Positions 36,571 through 48,504 of a stretch of 64,000 nucleotides of DNA are shown piece after piece. The notes beneath the pieces were generated by a model. The model saw nothing but the letters and a program-made list of their open reading frames with translations, did no database searches and was not told where the DNA came from. The position numbers and the translations under genes are program-made. Within the stretch, counting starts at the first letter, position 1. The number at the start of each line of letters is the position of its first letter. Source of the stretch: Dendrobates tinctorius (Eukaryota); assembly GCF_039654945.1 (NCBI RefSeq), contig NW_027361679.1:34410001-34474000 (forward strand). The letters are read 5' to 3'.

Positions 36571-38028
36571 AATGATGACAATGATGATGAGAATGGCGAC
36601 TATGAAGACAATGTAACTATTAAAGTTGGAGACAGTAAAGAGGATAACCAGGACTGTAGAAATGAAAGTAAAGAGAATAATGATATCAACAGCAAGCTTA
36701 AGAAAAGTCAGCAGTATCTCATTGAAAAGGACACTGAAGAAATGCAAAATGATGATTCTAATATATCATTAAATCATAACAGTGACTCTAGTACAAACAG
36801 GGATGTTACAATAAGTACATCTTCTGAAAAAAGCAAAAAGGCGAGAAAAAAGAAACAAAAAAAGGAAAAGAAGACTGCTACCAACCAAGGCAAAGGACAT
36901 CTTGAAAAGCAAAGCAGTGAGTCTGAGGAGCCAAACCAAATGTTAAATGCGTATAACAACCAAGAAAAACACAATTCTGAAGCATTGGATAGTGCAGAAA
37001 ATGTACTGAATAGCAAACACGAGGAATCAAAGCTATTTGATAGTCAATCAGATGAAGATATTAATTCAAAAGAAGAATCTCACTCAAAAGAAGATAGTCA
37101 TTCAAAGGAAGACAGTCACTCAAAAGAGGATGTTCACTCCCCTGAAGACATTCATTCTTCAGAAGACACACCTTCACAGGAAGACATTGTCTCCCATGAG
37201 GACTCAACAGAAGACACACCTTCAACAGAAGGATCTCAATCAAAAGACAAAACCTCAAGGGAAGATACTCATTTACATGATGATACACTATTAACTAGCA
37301 GAAAACATTATGAAACTCAAAATGAAGATGTCACCAAGTCTAAAGAGTCAATGGAAGATGTTACTCAGTCACATGAAGATATCAGTCAAGCAGAAGAAGA
37401 TAATAAATCGAGAGAAAATGTTAGTGATGGTGAGTCCAAAGAAATACTGCAGTTAAAAGAAAATGAAAAAGCTATGAGGAAAATTAGCAAAAGTTCATCT
37501 GTGGAAGACAAAGTTGAGTCCATGTCTACACAAGATACAAGTGAATCCTTGGAAGATAGTCAAAGTAACCAAACCTCTGAAGAAAACTCTGAAGACACAG
37601 ACTCATCAGAAAGTGACAAGAAATCACATGGTTCTGCTAGCAAAATAGAACAAGACAAAAGTAGTGAATCAACAGAAGTCAGTAATTCTTTTAAACTGAT
37701 GTCCAGTGTGTTAGGAAATAGTTCTTTAGAAGACAGCAAATCTTCCAGTAAATCAACAGAGGTCAATACTGTTTCCAAAGAGAACACTGCAGAAGAGCAT
37801 GAATCATCAGACAGTGAAAACAAAGAAAGCATATCAGCAGAGGACAACGAAAGTCAATCTAGAGAGAGTGCTGAATCAATTGAGGAGAGGCGGAAAAGTG
37901 AGTCTAGTGAGTCTGAGAATGTCAGTAAAGAGTCTAGAAGTTCTGAATTTGATAGAAGAAGATTCATGTTTGGTGCTTATCAGCGTAAAGCCATCGGAAA
38001 TGATAATGACTGCCAAGATGGGTATTAG
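36343..38028 (+). CDS. DMP1: Dentin matrix acidic phosphoprotein 1, last coding exon (561 aa + stop)
   Basis: Acceptor tttttcatgcag, phase 0. S/D/E-rich with many S-x-E sites, MQNDD cleavage-like motif, and C-terminus AYQRKAIGNDNDCQDGY matching the DMP1 signature (mammalian ...KPIGDQDDNDCQDGY). Confidence 0.93.
36535..36570 (+). repeat. Coding (GAT)12 microsatellite, poly-Asp
   Basis: Twelve consecutive GAT codons. Confidence 0.95.
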
Positions 38029-38090
38029 GCTCAGGGCTTATACTAGTTTAAACCTAGCTTATATAACATTTAAACAGTAAGGATGTGTCT

Positions 38091-38096
38091 AATAAA
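38091..38096 (+). terminator. Candidate proximal polyadenylation signal for DMP1
   Basis: AATAAA 62 nt after the stop codon; more distal AATAAA sites also exist. Confidence 0.3.
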
Positions 38097-38374
38097 TTGT
38101 TACCTGAAGCTGGAAGACAACAAGCCACTCACTGATATGAATGTATAAAGTGTTTTCAATTTCTGGATGTAATGTTACATCAAAATACTGTAGATTATAA
38201 TACAGTTTGATTACATTTATAAATCTTCCCTTCAAGGGGTGACAATGCAAAACATATAAGCTAGGTAATATTGATTTATCCAAAATGATACCTCAAAACA
38301 GTCGTTACTAGTACAGAGAACCCACAAAGCACTGGAAGATGTTTCCTACCATGAATAGTCAATTACTGTATTTT

Positions 38375-39445
38375 ACACTGAGTGCACAATTAGGCAACTG
38401 AGTATTTCGACTATTTTATAATTTTTACACATATTTTCCAACTCCAAGATATATAAACTTGGATGCTTATTGGTTTGTGTATTCGTGTATTAAAATAAGG
38501 AGGGTGTGTCCAAAGGATTCAACACCCTTTATCAAGTTGTGCAGAATTATTAGGCAGCATGTTTTCCCTAGACAAAATGGACCGCCAAAAAATTAACTGA
38601 CTCTGAAATGTCAAAAATTGTTACTAGTATTACTGAGAGATACAACACTCTTAAAATTGCTAAGATATTGGTGCATAATCACAAAACCATCAAAAGTTTT
38701 TTTTGCAAATAGTAAACAGGGTTCCAAAAGACTTGTTTAGAAAAAAAGAGGTTTGAGAAGAATCAAACGTTGAAGTGACCAGGAACCCATTATCCTTCAG
38801 TGCTGTCATAATCCAGATCTGCAACCTCCCTGGAGTGATAACAGAAAAAATTGGGAGTCCGGCTCAACAGGACTGGATTTTCCTTTTCTTTTTATTTTTC
38901 AAAGGAAATTATAGTGTATACAAAAAAAATTTTCATGGTTGACATGACCCAATCGACGCGTTTTGACTGCACTAAGCAGTCTTACTCATGACTCTCTGGA
39001 GTGCCCAGAAGTGCAATATGTTTTCACTGCTCAGAGACATTGCAAGGTGAGGAAGGCTGAAATCTGACTTTTTTCTCAATATTTTTTTTTGCAACCCTAT
39101 GGACTATTTGCTACAAAACTGTTAATGGTTCTGTGATCACACCCTGACACTTTAGCAACTTTAATAGTTCTGCATCCCTCTGAAGACTTGTAACAAATTT
39201 TGACTTTTTCCGTCAACGGTCTAGTTTGCCAATTTTGCTAAAGGAAAATTAGCTGCCTAATAATTTTTCATACCTTGATGAATGGTGTCCCTGATATCCT
39301 TAGGCATCACCCTACTCCATTACACAAATTCACATCACCTGATCGGCTTTATCCAATAAGTAATCAAGTGTATACAGATGGAATTGGAAAAACTGCATAA
39401 ATCATAAAAACAATGATATGTTCAAAATACTTATTTACCTATATA
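38375..39445. mobile_element. Fold-back remnant of the old Tc1 family seen at 29130, with a small Penelope-like insert (38839-38993)
   Basis: Left arm (ttttccaactcc...cttattgg) is mirrored at 39150-39440; insert flanked by duplicated ctggagtg. Confidence 0.6.
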
Positions 39446-41262
39446 CTCATTATACCTTTTTTATTTCAACTTTGTAGCACATATTTTACTATTAAAAACA
39501 TGTACAAGGTCATGTATGTTTAAAACATGGGCTCTCCATAAGTGTCTAATTTTTCTGTACAGAGTAAGTGATTTGGCTCTAAAGATAATTCTCTTTAATA
39601 GTGGTGTACGGAAGAATAGCTCTAGTAGGTGCCCAGGTAGCAGTGGTCACCTTCCTTTGATGTTCTTCGGCCACATGAAAAGATAAAACATAAAATATGA
39701 AAACCTGAGAGGCTGATTGCAGAATTAGGTCTAGAATTAGTCACTCTTCGGAATGCACTAGTCTGATATAACGATAGTTTTCAACACTTTTGGCTTTTGT
39801 AAACTTAATAAACTAATGGTATTGTGCTACCATAAAATTAGCCCATAAAGTATATGAGTTGACATTTACTATACACGTGCCAAACATATGGCACTAGCCT
39901 TGTCTCTGTTTAGCATTTATTGTATGATAGCTTTGGATATACACACTACAAATGACTATAGGGCTCTATTGTGGAATGGAGGCCAAAAGAGTGTTCTTTT
40001 CCATCGAAATCCAGCAGCTAACCACACAAAAAGTATGGACTGGAGTAAGATATTTTGCTATTCTGTCCTGTGTAGTCCAGTAAAACATCTACTTTTTTAG
40101 CATAGTAACCTATGGGTGATAGATACTTTCTCCATTCATTCATACTCACACTTAACCGAACCAAGCATGCATGTTTATGGGAGAGTTGGAAAGAAAACTG
40201 CCGTAAACTCCGTAGAGTTTGGCCAACATATATTGAAAGTATGTGGCCAACTTATCACAATTGAGAGGATGGAGCCAGAGGAAAGAAAGAGAAGACAGAT
40301 TAAAAGAAGATCGGGGTACGGCACAAGACCCAACGAAGCCCACAGTTCGGTAAAATTAATGTGACATCGAGTGCTATTTACATTGAGGTTTATTTATTCA
40401 TATGTAGTCATAAAGACTATATAAAAAGGTTTTAGTAGCAGTAATATGCTTTTTAATATTTATGAATTAAACTGATGTATATGAATAGAAGAAAAGGTCT
40501 GATATCACTTCAGAAATAGCACCACATTTGTACATAGCCTGTCTATTGTTACATCTCAGCCCCATACACTTAAATGAAGATGAACAGCAATACCACACAC
40601 AGCCCAAATACATGACATGAGCGGTTTCTAGATAAAAAGCAAGCCCTTTTTCTAAATTCATACAACTCCAATAACTTTTAATATATTAAAAATGGACCTT
40701 TTGTTAAAACTTCTTCTAGAACTGTCTTTGTTTTAAAGCATAAAGATGATTTTGTTTTGTTTTGTTTTCTTTACATAACACTTTGCTCAGTGAATAAATG
40801 TTGTTAAGCAGAAATTATTTATAGTAGTCATCGTTAATATGATCATATCAAGGACCTATGTTCTTAAACCAAAAAATGAGCAGAAGAAAAAGTTGAACCT
40901 TTTTTTTGTTCCTTTTTTGAAACATTTTACTTAAAAATAGTTGACTTATCTGCTTTATGACTTACTCGTAGGAAAGCTATCATCAGGAAATTACCTGATG
41001 TTTAAATCATGCTTTTGTGCTACGTGATTTTTTTTATATAGAATTCACTATCCTTATTGAATATAGAGAATAGAAATCTTGCAAGCTTCACACTGGCCAC
41101 TGTTTTTTTAGACTCTAACTTAATAATGTTTCAGGAAACAACACATGTACACAGATAAATCCTGACCCTATCTATTGTATTGAAAAATCTAATGAGCCTG
41201 TGCAAAGATCATTGAGAATGGAGTAGGAGCAGCTGTGACATCTCCTAATGTGATTGGCGGGC

Positions 41263-42121
41263 TGTTGTGAGTTCATTCTCACCAGTTGTGAGTTCCCCTT
41301 CTGGACTCCCTCTGGTGGTGACGGGAGGTGGTGCGGCTGGTTTGATTGGTGGAGATCTGACACCTGAGAATGAGGATGACGATTGGATCTCAGGATTCTC
41401 AGATTGGATTTAAGACAGCCGACGCCCTATTCAGTTGCTCGTGATTCCTTTTGGCTTGTCAGCTCTTGGTTTTCAGCTCTGTTCCAGTCACCTAAAGCTA
41501 AGTTTTTCTGCTAATGTTCACACTTGATTTTGTTGGTCTATTCAGTTTTTTGTGTGGTCTGCCAGTCCCGGCTGGGGGCTGAGCTGAATTTCCACTTTTA
41601 TTTATCAGTATTTTGCCAATTGGCTTTTTGTCCCTTACTAGTTCGGTCTCTTTTTGCTCTATCTCAGAATATTTCAGAGTGCTGATATAGTGGGAGAAGT
41701 CTAGTGACTTCAGGGTTAATTTTGCTATCAGAAGTGTTGGACATTATTTTTGTAGGGTTTTTTGCAGGTTGCAGATAGTGTCTTTCCTTTCCTGTCTAGT
41801 TAGTTTGGGCCCCATCATTTGCTCAGCCTATTTTCCTGCCTGTGTTTGTGCCTTCATCTTGTTTCACTGTCAATACATGTGTGGGGGCTATTTATTCCTT
41901 TGGGTTCTGCTCTGGGACAGTTGGTTTTCCCTTTTCTTGCTTTAGGCTAATGTAGTCCTCCGGCCGTGACGAGGCATCTAGGTTCATCGTAGGCACGCTC
42001 CACGGCTACTGCTAGTTGTGTGGTAAGATCAGGGATCTGCAATCTGCATAGTTACCGACCACTCTAGTTTTCTGTGGCTTAGCTTGTTTGCTTTTTTCTC
42101 CACGGTGACCCATTCATAACA
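41263..42121 (+). mobile_element. Solo LTR, Gypsy (TGTT...AACA family)
   Basis: TGTTGTGA...TCATAACA ends; reverse-complement similarity to the 15226 and 53749 LTRs (cacggctactgctagttgtg); flanks GCGGGC/ACGGGC. Confidence 0.85.
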
Positions 42122-44464
42122 ACGGGCCCTGTGTTATCTGCTGTGAATAGAGATGTAACCTGCCATTGTAATTCTGTCTCTGCTAATGAGTCATACTGTA
42201 AACTATTCATGACAAATGAATCTAAGCATGAATCTAAAAACATCCCATTGGCTAGTGTAAAAATTTCATTATTTCTATTTTTCTTTTCAATAAAGATCGT
42301 AATATGAAAAAACACTTTGTCAAAAATGTTTTAAAAGTACATTTAACACAAAAAACCTGAATTTTAACAATAGTTAATTTTCTGATTATAGACTCCCTTT
42401 AAAAGGGTTGGCAAATTATCTTTGTTTTAACATTTTAACTTTCCTACACAAAATGGCTGGTGATGGAAGGAGCATGAGACCATGCTTTTCCATCACACTC
42501 CGCCCATTGAAAAACACTGCAAATGAGAAAACGTTTTTTGTTTATTGGAGGAGGCTTATGAATGGGTCTGGTCACCTGTTCCTCAATGAACTACCAGTCG
42601 ATGGAGAAAGCTATATTAACAAATACAGAAAGATAATACTTATACCTTAGTAAGTGTAACTCAATCATGTCCTCAAAGCAGATACGGACTGGGGCTGAAA
42701 TTCAGCCCTGGCATTTGAAATCACACAGGCCCATGTTGTCCCCATCCCAAAGAACCAGATGGTATATATTACTAATATTACACTGGATGGAGGAAAGGAA
42801 GATTTACTACAAGACCCATATTTCAAATGATACCCATGGCCTGCTGTAGTCAGCGATTTGATGCTCCGTCACATCTCTTAAAAGTATGGGTGTCTTGAGA
42901 ACACCGATTCTGTAAAAAACGTAGCAGAATTGCCAGATGGCCAGTTCGGGCTTGCCTCAAAATGTCTATTAAAATGAAGATGAAATAGCCAATACCTTTA
43001 GTAAGTATTTGCGCCAAAATTTACAATCACTTGCAGCAATAAGAGTTGCAAATGAGAAAAAAGTAGCATTTCTATTACACTCAGAACTTGGTATAGAAAA
43101 AGAGTCTGAATTTTAGCCAGTGTGAACATTAATGACAGTAATGAATGTTGTGATAGATTTATCATATGGGATATAAACATTATACTTTTATACATTTAGC
43201 ATGTCAATAATTTCGACTGATTTTAATTTATACATCTGCTAAAATGATACCACTTTTAATAAATCTGGGTCAATATATTTCTGTAATTCTCATTTTAATG
43301 AATCTATAATCCTCCAATGATGCATATTAACTGAGCAATAGAGAAAAAGTTGGAACTTTAATTTAGCATACTTTATTACAGGTCACTACTTTATAATAAA
43401 CTAATGTAGCTACATCTGCCTGTATTATATAGTTATGCATTATTATATTTTGTGTAAAATTCAATCTATCAGTGGTTTAAAGGTCTTACTGTCAAAAGTC
43501 CTGAAACCCTGATAATATAAACCATGATAATAATATAATATGAAAATAATAAAACACAAAAACAAATCTTTACTCCTGCCAATACAATTCATGTTTTTAT
43601 GACGCAGCAATCATTGCTCATTTCTACTGTACATAAAGTATTTTCTTTATATTACTAAAACATAATAATTATATAAACTGATTGAAATTTGAAATGTTTG
43701 GTAAAATTAATATTTTATTTCTTAGAATTGTTTTCTTTGGTATTTATTAGTTGACACTGTAAAATTTATGTCAATATTTTGTTTTATTACATACTAAAAT
43801 AAAAGGATATAAAGTACTGTGTATTCTGTTTAGTCTTATATGATCACTGTTTCATCACTAGTATTTAAAATGCTGGAGAGTTCACTGAGGGTAGAGATGC
43901 AGCTAGCTCGATAAAGGCATGGTTGTGCCATAGACATTTCTATGCTGTTCAGCAGGGGCATTGCTAAGGTCCTAAAATATTAAGGGCCCAAATTTATGTC
44001 TCCCCATATGATTCCTATCCCACTACTTTAAAGATGATCTATACACTTATAATTATTGTATGCCACTGCTAACCTTAAAAAACTCTATACACAGCTCAAT
44101 ATTACCAACATACTACATAGTGAATGCATAATACAGTATTACAAAATCACCATTAACTCTATATAACAAAACACATTCTACAATTACCGCTATGATCACC
44201 TTTCACTACATAATGACTGAAATACATCCAGCTGTTACAGATAAATCTGGAGTTTTTAGCACCAGGGCAAAAAAATCAATTTAGCACCCAACCCCTCCTA
44301 TACACAGTTTAAGCAGTTTGAGTGGTTGTTGAGTGATCGTAAGTATGAAAAAACACATGTTCAGTGATGACCGCTTGAAGTGACAAGCAGAGCTGAATCC
44401 TGACAGTGAGTATATTACATGCTGTTAGAATTTGGAATGTCACAGAGCTTAATTTTATAGTTAA

Positions 44465-45545
44465 CTAGCTGAAGAGCCCGGCGCTGCCTGGGCATAGTAA
44501 CTAACTGTGGTTAGTTATAACAAATTATAATTATCCTCCATCCCATAGTCCCGTGCCCATATACCCATCATACATATCCACCATCCCATAGGCCCCTGCC
44601 CATATACCCATCATACATATCCTCCATCCCATAGTCCCATGCCCATATACCCATCATACATATTCTCCATCCCATAGTCCCATGCCCATATACCCATCAT
44701 ACATATTCTCCATCCCATAGTCCCATGCCCATATACCCATCATACATATTCGCCATTCCATAGTCGAGTGCCCATATACCAATCACACATCCTTCATCTC
44801 ATAGTCCCATGCCCATATACCCATCATACATATCCTCCATCCCATAGTCCCGTGCCCATATACCCATCATACATATCCGCCATTCCATAGTCCTGTGCCC
44901 ATATACCCGTCATACATATCCTCCATCCCATAGTCCAGTGCCCATATACCCATCACACATCCTCCATCCCATAGTCCCGTGCCCATATACCCATCATACA
45001 TATTCTCCATCCCATAGTCCCATGCCCAAATACCCATCATACATATCTTCCATCCCATAGTCCAGTGCCCATATACCCATCATACATATCCTCCATCCCA
45101 CAGTCCAGTGCCCATATACCCATCACACATCCTCCATCCCATAGTCAACCATTATGACATCATAATGACCGGCGGGGTTTGATGACATCAGCATCGCCAT
45201 TGCAACCATTGTGACATCATAATGAGGGATGGGGCTTGATACGCACACACTGTTTTCCCATTATGTAGATAGGGACATTATGACATCATAATGGGGGCGG
45301 GGCTTGACGCGCACACCCTTTTTCCCCATTATGTAGATAAGGGCAAAATTGTTTGGTGAATTGGAACACGCAAGGTTAAAATTTCACCTCACAACATAGC
45401 TTAGGACGCTCTCGGGGTCCAGACGTGTGACTGTGCCAAATTTTGTGGCTGTAGCTGCGACGGTGTGGATGCCTATCCCGGACATAAACACAAACACACA
45501 CACACATACATACATACATACATACTTTGTGCTTTATATATTAGA
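44465..45545 (-). mobile_element. Non-autonomous Helitron
   Basis: A|TCTAATATATAAAG...CTAG|T on the minus strand, GC hairpin (44476-44493) just before CTAG, no TSD. Confidence 0.85.
44533..45147. repeat. 43-bp minisatellite (~14 copies) inside the Helitron
   Basis: catcccatagtcccatgcccatatacccatcatacatattctc, period 43 (44668 to 44711), with 41-bp variants. Confidence 0.92.
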
Positions 45546-45669
45546 TGATCCTATCATAAATGCAGATGTAGTAATAGTTGTCTTGTCAGATGGCACAATA
45601 CTTTATTAACAGAGCCATGTATCATGTTAGCTGACAAGATATAGATTGTTACACCTGTGCAGGTTCAAA

Positions 45670-46080
45670 ACCAATAACCACACATGAATATAGCACCAGA
45701 ACCACCATCAGTACAAAAGGCCTCACCAGAACCACCACCAGTACAGAAATTTGGTATTAGAACCACTGTCAGAAAATTATTGCATCCCCAGAACCACCAA
45801 CAGTACAAAATACATCACCAGAACCACCAACAGTACAGTAATACATAATAACAACCATAATACATACATGAATACACCTCCAGAACCACCAATGGTACAG
45901 AAATACATTGTCAGTACTACCAAAATTACAGGAATACAATCCAATAACCATCATCAGAACATGAACACATCACCAGAACCAACAATGGTACATAAATACA
46001 TTGGCAGTACCACCAACAGTACAGGAATACATCACAAAAGCAAACAACAGTACAGGAATATAATAAAAACCGCAGTGGCG
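45670..46080. repeat. Degenerate caccagaaccacc-containing tandem repeat
   Basis: Motif recurs irregularly and resumes at ~46885-46970 after the Penelope-like insertion. Confidence 0.6.
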
Positions 46081-46180
46081 CTCAAGTATATATAGGGACT
46101 CCAGCAGCAAAAGTAGTAAGACACCAGTCACCATAGATGTCAAAGGGAAAGTCTGTATAGATAAATGAATTACTACTGCT

Positions 46181-46880
46181 CTTAGAGTCACTGGTATCTA
46201 TTGTCTTACTCAAATGGATTTGAAGAGAAAAAAAAAAAAAAAATCAAAGTCCAGAGGACCAAAAAGCTATCCTACATGTTTCAGAGACTCCTGTCTCCTT
46301 CCTCAGGGATGTGAGGAAGGAGACAGGAGTCTCTGAAACATGTAGGATAGCTTTTTGGTCCTCATTGCAATCTCTAGGCTGCAGCCCAGTGCATCACGTG
46401 TCTCTGACTTCACACAGGTCCTGTGCTGACGAGCATAGTGTGAAGTTCAGGCACCTAGTTCAGTGTGTTTTCCCACCCAGCCTGCCATTAGAGCGACTGC
46501 TGCCACCGGCCGGGGTAGCATCGCTAACAGGGTTACTGCAGTTCTTAAGCAAGAAGCATTTAATCAGCAACCCACTGGAGGAGTGTTATTATTTACAGAA
46601 GGACTTTTGGGATCTCCAAACACAGAATCAGCGTTCACTTGTGAGACTGAGCCCACCCTCCCCCTCTGTGGCTGTTAACCCCTACTGCTTTACAAGGTAA
46701 TCTTGGTTTCTTGCACTACAATTGGCATTAAGCATCCAAAGGGATATATATGACTTTTTTAGTGTTACTTATTGTTCTCTGTCCAAACCTGTTTTTTTTA
46801 TTGTGCTCTGGACTTTGATTTTTTTTTTTTTTTCTCTTCAAATCCATTTGAGTAAGACAATAGATACCAGTGACTCTAAG
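46181..46880. mobile_element. Penelope-like element end with inverted partial duplication
   Basis: 46254-46305 is the reverse complement of 46312-46363, and 46181-46257 of ~46806-46880; hammerhead-like core at the centre. Confidence 0.7.
46269..46310 (-). ncRNA. Minimal type I hammerhead ribozyme-like motif
   Basis: ATCC-CTGAGGA-A-GGAGAC AGGA GTCTCT-GAA-ACATGT-A-GGAT: stem I ATCC/GGAT, CUGANGA and GAAA cores, palindromic stem III, GUA cleavage triplet. Confidence 0.7.
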
Positions 46881-47074
46881 CGCAGTAACAGTACAGGAAT
46901 ACATCACAAAAACCATAATCAGTTCATAAATACATCACCAGAACCACCATCAGTAAATTAATACTTTACCGGAACCATAATTTTGTGAAGCTCAGTACGG
47001 TGGTCAATTGTAATGTCAGGGTAGCCCCATATACAATTGTTTTGCGTGACTCTACAACTTCTGTTAGTCCTTAA

Positions 47075-47785
47075 AGAGACTATGAAACAACTAATCCCAT
47101 GGAACTTACCTATAGGAAAATGAATAGGTCCCAACAAAACAATATTAAAAACATATTTTATTAATCACTATTAAAAAACATAAAAAAGTAAAATGCCGTA
47201 GGGGACGCCTAAGAACACCACAAAGAAAGTGTAAAAAGGGGAATTAACTAAATTGCAAAAGAAGATACTATAATATCCAAATAAATAGATAGTAAGCTAC
47301 CCATCTCATATAAGCCACAATGTATGCCAATGCATCAATGATTCATGGTGATAGCTAATACAATCCATATATAGGGATATAAATGGGTATAGTTGAGAAA
47401 TTATAGGTATGGAATTAGTAGCAATAAACCCCTCAAAACCAACAGGAATTCCAAATTGCACAAAGTGCATCAGCAATGGTATAACCCAGATGGTAATGAT
47501 TAACACACTAAATCCCTGAGCATAGTAATACAGATTGCGCCAAATACATCAGCAATGGTATAACCCAGATGGCAATGGTTAACACACTAAATCCCTGAGC
47601 ATGGTATCTCAGGAACACCCCAGTGATACATAGTGACAGGTATCATAGGTAAATACAATGTCACCATATAATATCCTGTGGATGTACCCAAATTAATTAT
47701 GCAGTCAATACCATTATAGAGGAATTCATTACCTCTATGATACCCTCACCCCGACGCACGTTTCGTCGCCTGCTTCTTCCGGAAC
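47075..47785 (-). mobile_element. Penelope-like element fragment
   Basis: A-rich segment ending in a degenerate hammerhead-like GAAGAAGC...GAAACGTGCGTCGGGG motif (minus strand). Confidence 0.5.
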
Positions 47786-48504
47786 TATGTCATCACTGAA
47801 TGATTGTTCAGACCAAGTACAGTCACTTAGTGCATCATTATGTGGTCAATAATTTTCCATCTATTTTCATCCTTTACTGTGTGCATATATTGTAGCTAGA
47901 GCTGTGCACTTAATTGTTTGTCCATGCCATGATGTACTAAACACCTCTAGTTGGTTTTAACAGTCATTCAGTGCTGACAGAGTCTCTTTAACAATGTTAA
48001 GGAGATGCTGAGAGTTGTTAGTAGCCATCATCAGACTGACTACTGATGAGATACAGGCAGTTTCACAAATAAACATTTATATTTAGGTACTTTATAGATG
48101 ACTTCTCTGATTGGAGTCATCTCTTTGTTCTCTTCTCCATCTTCCATGATGACATTTCACATCCACAGATCATTTCTGCAGACTTCCAGTTTCTCAATTT
48201 TTTTCCGGCACATCCCGACATTGTGCTCTTAAAAATAACTGTGTCATTATAATGCTCCTGATTAAAAATTTCTGCCCTACGCTACGGTACTGAATAAATT
48301 TCCCCTCACTGTGCTCCCTGCACAAAATATGCCCCCCACACTCTCCTTCTTATTTTACATGGCCTCCACACTGTATAAAATATTGTCTCCACAATTTCCA
48401 GCATTTTAGCTAATAAGAAAGGGCAGTGGTGGTTATATGGTAGCTTATGACAGCCACAGTTTCTGCCATTATTAGTTATAACTGCCACTCTGTCCCTATC
48501 TTAA

